A program made the translations under genes and the position numbers. The notes under the pieces were generated by a model that did no database searches, was not told where the DNA came from, and worked only from the letters and a program-made list of their open reading frames with translations. Source: Nanobdellati archaeon (lineage in GTDB: Archaea; EX4484-52; GLR71). Taken from it: DNA of 64,000 nucleotides. Below are positions 9,697 to 20,042 of this stretch, piece by piece. Location: the NCBI GenBank assembly GCA_019429005.1, contig JAHYJR010000005.1:16926-80925 (forward strand). Direction: 5' to 3'. Numbering within the stretch: the stretch's first letter is position 1; every line of letters starts with the position of its first letter.

Positions 9697-10527
9697 TTAG
9701 ATAGAATCTTTAATTTGATTTAAAAATCCTTTTTCAAATAAATCATTTGCAATCTCTGCAAGTTTTTCTGTATCAAGATCACGAACTCGCATATCAGCCC
9801 ATTTTAAATTTTTACTAATCTCTTTTAGTCTTTTTTTATCAATTGCAAATTCACGTTTAGAATGTTCAAATGCTTTTGACACTTTTTGATTTTTGTGTGT
9901 AAAAAGGCCACGCACAAGATTAAAAAATAATTTCACATCATTAATAGTCGGTTTATCTTTTCTAGGTTCAAGAACAACAATCGCAGAATTAACTTTTGGT
10001 ATAGGGTAGAAACATTTTTTACTAACACTAGAACTGATTTTTGGTTTAAAGTGATATTGTGCTAGTATTGATATTCTAGAATAATTTTTACTTCCAACTT
10101 TTGCAACCAATCGTTCAGCAAATTCTTTTTGATATATTAAAATTGATAGTTTTTGTTGTTTTCCAAGAAGTTCTGTTATTTTGGATGAAATCTGGTAGGG
10201 TATATTTGATATGCATTTATCGAATGCAGGTATTTCTGTTTTAAGGATATCACCCTCAATAATTTCAACATTATCTATATTTTCATATTTTATTTTTGTC
10301 TTAAGTATCTTAACAAGATCTTTATCCTTTTCAATCGCAATAACCTTTTTAGCTTTTTTTGCAATTTCAAATGTGAGTGCACCAAGACCGGGTCCTATCT
10401 CAAGTATGGTTTCATTTTCGTTTATGTTTGCAATAGCAATTTCTTTATCTATGATATTTTTGTCTTTCAAGAAATTTTGGCTTAATGCTTTTTTAGGAAA
10501 TACATTATTTGTGATATTATAATCCAT
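9697..10527 (-). CDS. rsmA: 16S rRNA dimethyladenosine transferase KsgA/Dim1
   Basis: QNFL, LEIGPGLG, SNIPYQISS, QKEFAERL. Confidence 0.96.
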   Translation of the reverse strand: MDYNITNNVFPKKALSQNFLKDKNIIDKEIAIANINENETILEIGPGLGALTFEIAKKAKKVIAIEKDKDLVKILKTKIKYENIDNVEIIEGDILKTEIPAFDKCISNIPYQISSKITELLGKQQKLSILIYQKEFAERLVAKVGSKNYSRISILAQYHFKPKISSSVSKKCFYPIPKVNSAIVVLEPRKDKPTINDVKLFFNLVRGLFTHKNQKVSKAFEHSKREFAIDKKRLKEISKNLKWADMRVRDLDTEKLAEIANDLFEKGFLNQIKDSI

Positions 10528-10571
10528 AGGAGAATTAATTTTGTTTTTAATATTATTAATCTTCCTTATTT

Positions 10572-13103
10572 TTAAGAAGTATCTGTTTCTTCAATTTTAG
10601 TCTTTGTATTTTCAAGCTCAACTCCAAGAATTTGTGATGCACCTCTTTGCATTGACACGCCATATATCCTTTCAGATCGTTTTACGAGTGTGTCGTTATG
10701 CGAAATTACAATGAATTGGTTATTATGTGAATATTCTTTTATAATTTCACCAACAAGTTCGGCATTTTTATCATCAAGTGCAGCATCAACCTCATCTAAT
10801 ATATAAAATGGTGCTGGTTTATATCTCTGTAATGCGAACATAAATGCGATAGAAGCCATTGTTTTTTCTCCACCAGATAATGAATCTATAGATAATATTT
10901 TTTTACCTGGTGGTTGTGCTTTGATTATAAGACCACTTTCAATATCATTAAGATCATAAAGTTCTAGTTCACCAATACCATCTACAAGATCAGCATATAT
11001 CTGATTGAATGCTTTTGATACTGTATCAAGTGTTTTTTTGAATACACGTTTTCTATTTTCTTCAATTTTTTCAAGCATCTCCATTATTGATATTTTCTCA
11101 TCTTCAAGTTTTTCAACTTTTTTAATGGAATTTTCAAAATCCTCACTCATAATTTTATATTCTTCAATAGCTCGTTGATTTACAGGTCCAAGCTGTCGTA
11201 TATCCCTTTGTATAGTTCTAAGTTCTTTCTCAAACTCTTCAGGTTCGCCCTTTTTCAAATCATCTCTATTTTTATATTTTTCATAAGGGATACTAAGATT
11301 TTCAATTTCAGCTTCAAGTCGTGCTTTACGTATTTTCTGATTTTGGATTTCTTGATTTAATACAAGCATTTTTTCATAGACACCTTTTCTACCTTTTTTG
11401 ATATTGTCTAATTTATTTTGAAGTTCTTCTAGTTTTTTTTCAAGTTTTTCAACATCTTTATTTTCATTTTTAGTTCCTTTATTTTTTTCTTCAAGGAATC
11501 TATTCAAGTCACCAATTTCATCTTTAATAACATTTATCTCCGCACTATATTTCTTTCGTTCACGTTCATATTTTTGTATATCTGTTACATCGGATATCTG
11601 TCTTTGCGATGTTCCAGTTTTTCTGAAAGCACCACCAACAATGGCACCACCCGCATCAAAAAGTTCACCATCAAGAGTTACAATCCGTAATCCTCTTACT
11701 TTTTTTGCTGCTTCAAGAGTCTCAGAAATTAATGTATCTTTAACGATATCACGGAATGCAGGTTCTACGTCTCGGTTAAATTCAATAAGATTTAAAGCAT
11801 AATCAATTATGCCTGGCATTTTTACAGCAATTTCAGATTTTGCTGACATAGAATATCTGCGTAATCTATCAAGTGGGAGAAATCTAACACGTCCTAAATT
11901 ATTGCTTTTCAGATATCTTACACATTCTAGAGCAACGTTTTCAGATTCAACAATAATATCATTAACGTGCCCACCGATTGCAACATCAATTGCCGTTTCA
12001 TATAATCCATTACATGCGAATTGTGTTGATACTGCACCGATAACACCATGTATGTTTGCTGAAAGTATGGATTTTACAGAATGATTTTTTATATCTTCAC
12101 CACCCCTTTGTTTTATTATTGAGAATTTTTCAATAATGTCATCAAGTCTACCTATATCACGTCTATGTGATTCGATTTGACCTTGTCGTTTAATTATTTT
12201 TTTTGTGATTTCTTCAATATCTTTTCTTGTTTGCGTATTTATTGATTTTTTATATATATCATCTCTTATATCTTGAATTTCTTGTTCTAGATCATCTATT
12301 CCTGTATCTGATAATCCTACATTATTAGAGATGCTTTTATATTCCTGACTTTTTATATCAAGATCTCTTGATACATTTTCAAGTGTGCTTTCAACAGCTT
12401 TCAATTTTGAATGAGCTACGCATGCTAGAAGATATTCTTGTTTATTTTCAAATTCTATAAGTTTCTCAGCAGATTCTTTTTCTTTTTTTAGTTTATCGTG
12501 ATATTCTTTTTTTTGTTCTAGAATTAGTTTTGATTCTTCAAGTTTAATTTCAGCTTTTGCAAGCTCATCAATAGCTTTGTCTTTTTTATAATTATATTGT
12601 TGTATTCCTGAAATTTCATCAATAATTTCACGTCTTTGTTTTGGAGTTTTTTGTATAGTCGCTACAATATCGCCCTGTTGTATTATATTATAACCGTCAG
12701 GATTGATATTTATTTTTCTTAAAAGTTCATCTACTTCTGTTTTTCCAACTAGTTTTCCGTTTATCCTATATGTTGATATTCCTTTTCGATTTACTTTTCT
12801 TGTAAGATCAAAAGAATCAGAATCAATATCAATTTCACGCGCTTTATTTTCAAAAATTAATGATACATAACCCATATCAGAAGGCGTTCTACCTTGACCT
12901 CCATTAAATATTAGGTGATCCATTCGGCCAGCTCTTAATGCTTTGGATCTGCGTCCAAGAACAAAACTAATTGCATCAGTGATATTGCTTTTCCCTGAAC
13001 CATTAGGACCTATAATTGCGTTGAATCCTTTATAGAATGGTAAAACTGTTTTTTTCTGAAATGATTTGAAACCATATATTATCAGTTTTTCAACATTTGT
13101 CAA
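10572..13103 (-). CDS. smc: Chromosome segregation protein SMC, short-armed (843 aa)
   Basis: Walker A GPNGSGKS, hinge GRVRFLPL and DGELFDAGGAIVGG, signature LSGGEK, LDEVDAALD; TTG start with GGTGA SD. Confidence 0.95.
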   Translation of the reverse strand: MTNVEKLIIYGFKSFQKKTVLPFYKGFNAIIGPNGSGKSNITDAISFVLGRRSKALRAGRMDHLIFNGGQGRTPSDMGYVSLIFENKAREIDIDSDSFDLTRKVNRKGISTYRINGKLVGKTEVDELLRKININPDGYNIIQQGDIVATIQKTPKQRREIIDEISGIQQYNYKKDKAIDELAKAEIKLEESKLILEQKKEYHDKLKKEKESAEKLIEFENKQEYLLACVAHSKLKAVESTLENVSRDLDIKSQEYKSISNNVGLSDTGIDDLEQEIQDIRDDIYKKSINTQTRKDIEEITKKIIKRQGQIESHRRDIGRLDDIIEKFSIIKQRGGEDIKNHSVKSILSANIHGVIGAVSTQFACNGLYETAIDVAIGGHVNDIIVESENVALECVRYLKSNNLGRVRFLPLDRLRRYSMSAKSEIAVKMPGIIDYALNLIEFNRDVEPAFRDIVKDTLISETLEAAKKVRGLRIVTLDGELFDAGGAIVGGAFRKTGTSQRQISDVTDIQKYERERKKYSAEINVIKDEIGDLNRFLEEKNKGTKNENKDVEKLEKKLEELQNKLDNIKKGRKGVYEKMLVLNQEIQNQKIRKARLEAEIENLSIPYEKYKNRDDLKKGEPEEFEKELRTIQRDIRQLGPVNQRAIEEYKIMSEDFENSIKKVEKLEDEKISIMEMLEKIEENRKRVFKKTLDTVSKAFNQIYADLVDGIGELELYDLNDIESGLIIKAQPPGKKILSIDSLSGGEKTMASIAFMFALQRYKPAPFYILDEVDAALDDKNAELVGEIIKEYSHNNQFIVISHNDTLVKRSERIYGVSMQRGASQILGVELENTKTKIEETDTS

Positions 13104-13227
13104 AACATCACCGCATGAATAAAATCTTATAATAATTATAATATCCCTATCATTATTAATTATAATTTATTCGTATTCATTATAGTATTATATACTACTA
13201 AATATTTTAGATTCTATTTGATATAAT

Positions 13228-14640
13228 TTAATTAAGAAGTTTATTTATGTGTTGGTATTCCTTATCAATCTTGTTTTTCCATTTAGGAAACTCTTTTGGT
13301 GTTTTTGGATAGTTTTTGTATAATTTGGATATTTTTTTAATTTTTATTGCCATATTAAACAGTTTTAGAAATATTTTTGGTTTTTTTATAATTGCTATAA
13401 TTATTTTTATTTTTAATTTAGAACTTATTGAAAATTGTCCTTTTATACTTAGATTTTTGAATATGTCATCATTCAGATAATTGTTTGATATGTATTCTAA
13501 TTCTTCTTCGCTAGATGATTGATAAAATTGTTTTACAACATCAAGATTCGCTTGAAGTGTTCCATTATAATATTTTGTATCATCGCCTTTTTTTTGTGAA
13601 TATTCATTGAATTTTATAAATTTGAGATTATATTCCCATAATCCTTCTTGTGAAAAATCATTTTTCTTAATTGCTTTATATGCAACATCTGCTGCAATAT
13701 AACCTGCAAGTATTGATTGTCCAATACCGCCTCCTGTAATGGGATTTACTTGTGATGCTGTATCTCCAACAACCATAAACCCATTTGATACCATTGAATC
13801 CAGTGGTCTTCTTAATGGTATGATACCACCACCTGAATCAATAATTTTTGAATTATCAAATATTTTGTTGTCTTTAATAAATGCTTCAAGAGCGTTATTT
13901 AAATTTGGTACTTTACCTTTTATTGGTACACCGATTCCAACATTAACTTTTGTTTTGCTATAGGGGAATATCCAAATATAACCACTTTTTGCATATTTTT
14001 CAGAAAGTATCAGTTTTGCGTGTGTAAAATCAAGACCTTTTTTTAATGTTCTTATTTGTCTTAAAGATACTGCAAAATCACTTTTTTTAATCTTGTTTTC
14101 AAGGTATGTTCCTTTTATCTTTACTTTTTCTCTTAATGCCGATATAGCACCACTTGAATCTATCACAATTTTGCTATATATTTTTGTTTCATTTCCCGAA
14201 TCATTATCTTTTAGTATAACACCAATCAAAAAATCATTTTTAATTATGGGTGCTATTACTTTTTGATTATCTATAATTGTTACACCAAGTTTTTTTGTAT
14301 GTGCAAGAAAAAATTGTCCAAATGTGTGTCTATTAAGCATATAACCTTTTTCATAAGATAAATATGACTTTTTATTTTTGGTATTTATCGTTTCAGTTTG
14401 ATTAATAATACATTCAATTTTATCTTTTGGATATTTTAATCTCATTTTATTTTCTAGAAATTTTATATGTGCTTGACCTATAAGATCTCCACACACTTTT
14501 TTACCAATTAATTCTTTTGGTTTTCGATCTATTAGACAGACTGTTAAACCTTTTTTACATGCCTCTATTGCGGCAGAACATCCACCACTTCCAGCACCTA
14601 CAATTATAAGGTCATATGATGATTGTTTTATTTTATTCAT
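13228..14640 (-). CDS. Geranylgeranyl reductase family flavoprotein
   Basis: GAGSGG FAD motif, KVCGD, GYIWIFP, GDTASQVNPITGGGI. Confidence 0.88.
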   Translation of the reverse strand: MNKIKQSSYDLIIVGAGSGGCSAAIEACKKGLTVCLIDRKPKELIGKKVCGDLIGQAHIKFLENKMRLKYPKDKIECIINQTETINTKNKKSYLSYEKGYMLNRHTFGQFFLAHTKKLGVTIIDNQKVIAPIIKNDFLIGVILKDNDSGNETKIYSKIVIDSSGAISALREKVKIKGTYLENKIKKSDFAVSLRQIRTLKKGLDFTHAKLILSEKYAKSGYIWIFPYSKTKVNVGIGVPIKGKVPNLNNALEAFIKDNKIFDNSKIIDSGGGIIPLRRPLDSMVSNGFMVVGDTASQVNPITGGGIGQSILAGYIAADVAYKAIKKNDFSQEGLWEYNLKFIKFNEYSQKKGDDTKYYNGTLQANLDVVKQFYQSSSEEELEYISNNYLNDDIFKNLSIKGQFSISSKLKIKIIIAIIKKPKIFLKLFNMAIKIKKISKLYKNYPKTPKEFPKWKNKIDKEYQHINKLLN

Positions 14641-14717
14641 ACAATTAACCTTAAATAGCCTTTTTTTTGATAATACTATATTTGTATCTTTTCAAATTTA
14701 AAGGTGTTGTGTACTTT

Positions 14718-16016
14718 TTATGGTGTAATTCTTTTTGTATCTCTTGGGAATAAACATGCTTCTCTTACATTTGAAACTCCTGTAAGCATCATAGTTAAAC
14801 GTTCAAGACCAATTGACCATCCTGCGTGATATGGTGCTCCATATCGAAATGTTTTAATATAATCTTTAAAATTTTCAGGATTCAGTCCTTTTTTATTTAA
14901 AGCATCTATTAGTACTTCAGGTTTATGTATTCTTTGTGCACCTGACAATAATTCAACTCCTTTGTATATTAAATCAAAAGATTTTGAGATTTTAGGATTT
15001 TTAGTATCAGGCATAGTATAGAATGCTCTGACTGCTGTAGGCCATCCTGTTATTATAAATGGTTGTTCCCATCCAACAATTTCACAGATTTTTTTCTCAC
15101 CTGCAGAGGATATATCGTCACCCCATGTCATTTTTTCACAATTTTTATTAAGAAGTTCTACTGTTTCATCATATGTTATTCTTTTCATTTTTTTCTTTGG
15201 CAATTCAAAATCATGTCCAAGTGTTTTAAGTTCTTCTTTACAGTTTTCTTTTATATCTGAGAATATGTTAAGTATAACCTCATCTAGAATCTCAAGCACA
15301 TCATTATCATCTGCAAATGCCATTTCAATATCCATCTGTCTTGATTCCGAAAGATGTTTTGTGGTGTGAGATACTTCAGCTCTCCATACAGGTGTGATCA
15401 TGCAGACCTTTTCAAGTCCACCAACTACAGCCATCTGCTTGTATAATTGAGGGCTCTGTGCAAGGAACGCTTCTTTATCATAATAGGGTATCGGGAATAG
15501 TTCAGCACCGCCTTCAGATGTTGATGCGATTATGGATGGTGGCACAATCTCAGTAAATTCTTTATTATAAAGAGTGTCTCTGAACACTTTCATTATTCTG
15601 CTTTGTATCTTGAATATTGCTTGAACTTCAGCTCTTCTAAGGTCTATAAATCTGTTATCAAGTCTTGTATCTATATCAGATTGTACTTTATTTGTAATCT
15701 CAAGTGGGAGTGGCGTTTCAGTTTCAGACACAATCTCAAGTTTTGTTGGTTTAAGTTCAAAACCTTTTGGTGCTCGGTTATTTTCAACAGCAACTCCATC
15801 AACTAAAATAACAGTCTCCTTAACAAGTTTTTTAATCGTTTTGATTAATTCCTCATCAGTCTCTCCTGTTTTAGCTGTTATTTGGATAATTCCATCTTTA
15901 TCTCTTAAAAGAAGAAATATTAAATTTCCAAGATCTCTTTTATCGTGTACCCAACCACCAACTTTGACAGTGTCTCCTGCTTTCACTTCGCTGGAATATT
16001 TTTTGATGAATGTCAT
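14718..16016 (-). CDS. aspS: Aspartyl-tRNA synthetase, likely non-discriminating
   Basis: LAQSPQLYKQ, GLERL, FPRD; His (GWVH) and Pro (RAPKG) residues typical of the ND type. Confidence 0.93.
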   Translation of the reverse strand: MTFIKKYSSEVKAGDTVKVGGWVHDKRDLGNLIFLLLRDKDGIIQITAKTGETDEELIKTIKKLVKETVILVDGVAVENNRAPKGFELKPTKLEIVSETETPLPLEITNKVQSDIDTRLDNRFIDLRRAEVQAIFKIQSRIMKVFRDTLYNKEFTEIVPPSIIASTSEGGAELFPIPYYDKEAFLAQSPQLYKQMAVVGGLEKVCMITPVWRAEVSHTTKHLSESRQMDIEMAFADDNDVLEILDEVILNIFSDIKENCKEELKTLGHDFELPKKKMKRITYDETVELLNKNCEKMTWGDDISSAGEKKICEIVGWEQPFIITGWPTAVRAFYTMPDTKNPKISKSFDLIYKGVELLSGAQRIHKPEVLIDALNKKGLNPENFKDYIKTFRYGAPYHAGWSIGLERLTMMLTGVSNVREACLFPRDTKRITP

Positions 16017-16056
16017 TTGAAATCACAATTTATTTTTTAATAAGTTCATTTTAATT

Positions 16057-16111
16057 AATATTATTTTAATATTATTATAATATTATTATAATATTATTAT
16101 AATATTATTAT
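16057..16111. repeat. Tandem repeat AATATTATTAT x4 plus one variant
   Basis: Direct reading. Confidence 0.8.
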
Positions 16112-16181
16112 AATTATAAACAATTTGTTTATTTTTCAATTGTTTTGTTTTTAAACAAAAAATCTTAGTCGATTTTTCTTT

Positions 16182-16442
16182 TTAAATGTTTATGAGAATC
16201 GTCCACAAAGCAAACACAATTAGTATGTATGGTAAATATGCATTTGCAAACCACCACGATTTATTCTTTTTCTGATATTTTTCATCCTTTTTGATATTTA
16301 TTTGTTCAATTTTTTGTTTTGATATTATAAGAATTATAAAAACGAGTCCAATAACTTCAAGATTATTCAATTTACTTGTCATAAGTCCTGTTAATATGCC
16401 AAGTGTACTATATATGTATGAAACAAGTGTCTCTTCATTCAT
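16182..16442 (-). CDS. Small 3-TM protein, EMC6-like archaeal (DUF5379-like)
   Basis: Three hydrophobic segments and W..N...PY...W..L.N C-terminus. Confidence 0.55.
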   Translation of the reverse strand: MNEETLVSYIYSTLGILTGLMTSKLNNLEVIGLVFIILIISKQKIEQINIKKDEKYQKKNKSWWFANAYLPYILIVFALWTILINI

Positions 16443-16488
16443 AGATAAGATAAGATGTTTTAATCTTTATATCTTATTTTATAAAATC

Positions 16489-17395
16489 TTAATTTTTAAT
16501 TATTTTTATTTTATTTATTTTATCGGTGCTCATTTTAATATTTTGTATCCATCGTAAATCATCCATATGTGAATTATGTACTATCGAGATTATTGGTTTT
16601 TTTGTTTTCTTGTTTACAACCGCATTTTTTATTACATGCACCATATCAGTTTCAGAGTCTATTGTTTCAATATGATGTGTTCTTGCACATTCTGTTTGGA
16701 ATATTTCCTCTGCGTGATATTTGTCTAAACCAAATTCTTTAAGTGTGGCACCTGTTTGATTGACAGCATGATATATTCTGTCTGTTCCAATCTGATTTAA
16801 ATCTTTTGTCCAAAAATCGACATATTCTTTAAATTCTAGTTTCAAGTACTCTTCTTCTATTTGTTCTGTTAATTCTTTCAATTCATTGATTACAAGGAAA
16901 TTTAATTGATATATAGGTGTTTCTAAAAGTTATTTAGTTTTTTTTGGAATTATTCCCATTTTTATATCTCCTATAGCAAGATAATGTGCTTTTTTTTGAT
17001 CTGAGAATGTACTGTATGTTTCTGCAGCTTCTTTAACATACTGTACAATTTTGTTATTTAGATTCTTTATTATATTTTGATTAATTCCTAAATCGTTGGG
17101 ATATATGTACATTCTTTCAAGAAAATCACCTATTGTTGTATGTTTATAATCGTTAACAAGTTCTTGAATATCTGAATCTTTAGTTTCGATATTTTCAAGT
17201 AATTCATTTATAATAGTCAAATCGTTGTTATGTATTCTTATTATGTTTCTAACTTTAAGCTCTTATGCTTGCGAGTTTTCTATTAATACAACTTAAGGAT
17301 TGTATTTTTGTATAATTTTTGCTTGTTTTATTCTGTTTTCTTCATCTTTATAATTTATTCCCATTTATAACATCTGTTTTACCTAACAAAAACAT
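16489..17395 (-). pseudogene. Decayed ~300-codon gene, possibly TraB/Tiki-like fold
   Basis: ORFs 16489-16881 and 16930-17220 and the ATG at 17364 share one frame broken by 3 TAA codons; a frameshift near 17365 joins an upstream MFLLGKTDVI start with GTGA SD. Confidence 0.75.
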
Positions 17396-17597
17396 ATTTA
17401 TCACAGGTAGATAGTATCAATAAATCGTTATAAATATTTATATCTCTTTTTTAATATACAAATCATACATAAACAGACATAAATTTAGAATATTTTATTT
17501 TATATTAAATATATATATATAGATAATAACCGAAAACATTTTAAATCACAAACAGCAATTGTTTATATCTAGATTTATGTTTCTTGAGATGTTAAAT

Positions 17598-18452
17598 ATG
17601 GAAAATATAACTCTTCCTTTATTGGATTTACCTAAAGATGATCTCTCTAAAGTTAGTGTTGATAATTTTAATAATAATGAAAATCTAATAGAAAATGAGT
17701 TTGATGTATCTGAAAATAAAGAAATAACAAAAAATAAAGATATATTAGAATTGATAATGGTTGGTAGTTGGGAAAGTGTTCTTCTTGAGCTTTCAGACGA
17801 CATGAATCCGTGGGATATAGATATAGTTGTTTTAAGCAAAAGATTTATGGAATTCATAAAAAAAACAAATAAATATGAACTTGATGTGCCTGTTAAAATA
17901 TTTCTTGCAGCTGCAGTGCTTTATAGGATGAAAGTTGATGCTCTAAAGATTGTTGAAGACGAAGACGTTTTTGATTCTTTTGATGATAGTATGATTGAAG
18001 AAATTTATTTACCTGAAGATGAAACTGTGTCGTCTACAATGATTAATCTTCCCGGGAATATTATGATACCACCTTTAATAGTACCAATTAAACGTTATCC
18101 TAAACGTAATATAAGTATTGATGAATTGATAAATGCTCTTGATAAAGCTATGACTATAAAAAATAGGAGAGAAGTTAAGACTATTTTTAATGTTGATTTG
18201 AATTCAGAAGATATGTCTGAAACTATTGAAAATATTTTTAATTTAATACTCGAACGAATTGATATTGATAATACAACAACATTCTCTTCATTTCTGGATG
18301 GTGGCAATGTTGATCATTTAATAAAAACGTTTTCATCAATATTACATCTTTCAAATGAAGAGAGAATTTCATGTTTACAAAAAGATTTTTTTGGCGAGAT
18401 ATATATCTCTGTTGAAGATTCTAAATTATTGGATGGTAAGCAAAATGCCTAA
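17598..18452 (+). CDS. scpA: Kleisin ScpA
   Basis: MNPWDIDIV, AAVLYRMK, ISIDELINAL, Q..FFGEIYI. Confidence 0.92.
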   Translation: MENITLPLLDLPKDDLSKVSVDNFNNNENLIENEFDVSENKEITKNKDILELIMVGSWESVLLELSDDMNPWDIDIVVLSKRFMEFIKKTNKYELDVPVKIFLAAAVLYRMKVDALKIVEDEDVFDSFDDSMIEEIYLPEDETVSSTMINLPGNIMIPPLIVPIKRYPKRNISIDELINALDKAMTIKNRREVKTIFNVDLNSEDMSETIENIFNLILERIDIDNTTTFSSFLDGGNVDHLIKTFSSILHLSNEERISCLQKDFFGEIYISVEDSKLLDGKQNA

Positions 18453-19116
18453 TGTTGAAAATATGATTGAAGCTGTACTTTTTATCTCAGCAAGACCTAT
18501 GACTTTATCTGAGATTGCTAAAGTTACAGGTATAATGCCTAAATCTAAAATTAAAACAATACTTGATAATATGAAGGTTGGATATGGCAATCATGGTATT
18601 TATATTGCTGAGCAGGACGGTCTTTTCGAATTAAAAGTCAAAAAAGAACATATGAATGTGGTTTCATCACTTGCTCCTGATCAGGATTTTTCTAGAGCAA
18701 TATTACAAACATTATCTATTATAGCATATAAGAATCCTATAAAACAAAGTGAAATAATTGATATTAGGGGTAATAGAGCATATGATCATCTTTTAGAGTT
18801 GGAATCACGTGGTTTTGTTGTTCGTGTACCTTCAGGCCATACAAATCTTGTTAAGATAACAGGTAAATTTTTGGATTATTTTGGTCTTACTGATAAAGAT
18901 GAACTTGCAAAACATTTCAAGTCGTCTGAAGTACTAAATAATACTGAAATTCCAATTGAAAATGTTCTTAAGACAAATAAAAACATAAAGGTCGAATATG
19001 ATTCTGATGTTGAGAAAAAGAATTTTCATGATAAATTGAAAGAAGATGTTGAAAAAAGGAAAAAAGAACTGTATAATAAAAAGGACAAAACGCATGACTC
19101 TGAGGCAAATATTTAA
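18445..19116 (+). CDS. scpB: ScpB
   Basis: IEAVLF, LQTLSIIAYKNPI, IRG, FLDYFGL. Confidence 0.95.
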   Translation: MPNVENMIEAVLFISARPMTLSEIAKVTGIMPKSKIKTILDNMKVGYGNHGIYIAEQDGLFELKVKKEHMNVVSSLAPDQDFSRAILQTLSIIAYKNPIKQSEIIDIRGNRAYDHLLELESRGFVVRVPSGHTNLVKITGKFLDYFGLTDKDELAKHFKSSEVLNNTEIPIENVLKTNKNIKVEYDSDVEKKNFHDKLKEDVEKRKKELYNKKDKTHDSEANI

Positions 19117-19254
19117 TATAATGCATTTAAACGTTCTTTAGTGGTTGTATTAAACAACTTTTGGTTCTAAGCTATATTCTAATGTCCTTTTAGCGGTCAA
19201 TAGGTAAAATCGTGTACTGTTAAGTACTTTTTATTGAAACCGGCCTGTTTCTAT

Positions 19255-19270
19255 CAAAAACTTTATATAG
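19255..19270 (+). promoter_or_regulatory. BRE/TATA promoter of the Asp-rich gene
   Basis: CAAAAACTTTATATAG; GGTGA SD at ~19309. Confidence 0.6.
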
Positions 19271-19319
19271 ATTTTGAACGTTAATTTTATAATCCTTTTT
19301 TTTGGATAGGTGAGAAAAT

Positions 19320-19937
19320 ATGAGTGATAATGAAATCGAGGAAATTGAAGAATTAGAAATAGAAGAATTAGAAGGTTCTACAGATTTAGAAACTAACAAT
19401 GATGATTGTTGTGATGATGATTGTTGTGATTCTGATGACAAAGAGTGCGATTCTGAAGATTGTGATTGTTGTGGTAACTCAGATGATGCTGACGATTCCG
19501 AAGATATAGATGATGTTGACGACGACGATTCCGACGATGATGCTGATGGCGATTCTGACGACGACGATGATGTTGACGACGACGATTCTGACGATGATGC
19601 TGATGGCGATTCTGACGAAGACGATGATGTTGACGACGACGATTCTGACGATGATGCTGATGGCGATTCTGACGACGACGATGATGTTGACGACGACGAT
19701 TCCGACGATGATGCTGATGGCGATTCTGACGACGATGATGTTGACGACGATGATGTTGACGACGACGATTCCGACGATGATGCTGATGGCGACTCTGACG
19801 AAGACGATGATGTTGACGACGACGATTCCGACGATGATGCTGATGGCGACTCTGACGACGACGATGATGTTGACGACGACGACGATTCTGACGACGACGA
19901 TTCTGACGACGACGATTCTGACGACGACGAAAATTAA
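19320..19937 (+). CDS. Extremely acidic Asp-repeat protein with an N-terminal Cys cluster
   Basis: Promoter, SD and terminator all fit this frame; CCDDDCC...C....CDCC followed by poly-Asp repeats. Confidence 0.8.
   Translation: MSDNEIEEIEELEIEELEGSTDLETNNDDCCDDDCCDSDDKECDSEDCDCCGNSDDADDSEDIDDVDDDDSDDDADGDSDDDDDVDDDDSDDDADGDSDEDDDVDDDDSDDDADGDSDDDDDVDDDDSDDDADGDSDDDDVDDDDVDDDDSDDDADGDSDEDDDVDDDDSDDDADGDSDDDDDVDDDDDSDDDDSDDDDSDDDEN
19509..19930 (+). repeat. 57-nt (19-aa) coding tandem repeat, about 6 units plus 15-nt DDDDS units
   Basis: Unit DDVDDDDSDDDADGDSD(D/E)D starts at 19509, 19566 and onward. Confidence 0.9.
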
Positions 19938-19952
19938 TTTAATATTATGAAA

Positions 19953-19989
19953 ACCTCTCATTTAACATGAGGGGTCCTTTTTTATTTTT
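19953..19989 (+). terminator. Hairpin plus T-tract terminator
   Basis: ACCTCTCAT-ttaac-ATGAGGGGT then CCTTTTTTATTTTT. Confidence 0.7.
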
Positions 19990-20042
19990 GAAAAACTTTA
20001 TAAAATTAGAGATATATAAAAAAGATACTTGTTGTGTTCTAT

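Noticed and set aside
16489-17395. TAA stop-codon reassignment or readthrough
   Set aside because: TAA terminates many intact genes here, and the same gene also has a frameshift, so decay is the simpler explanation
19140-19255. Three small hairpins after scpB as an ncRNA or SMC loading site
   Set aside because: Stems are only about 5 bp with no other support
19479-19961. Alternative-frame ORFs (RIVVV repeats on minus, MMLTTT repeats on plus)
   Set aside because: By-products of the stop-free GAC/GAT repeat; promoter, SD and terminator fit the Asp frame
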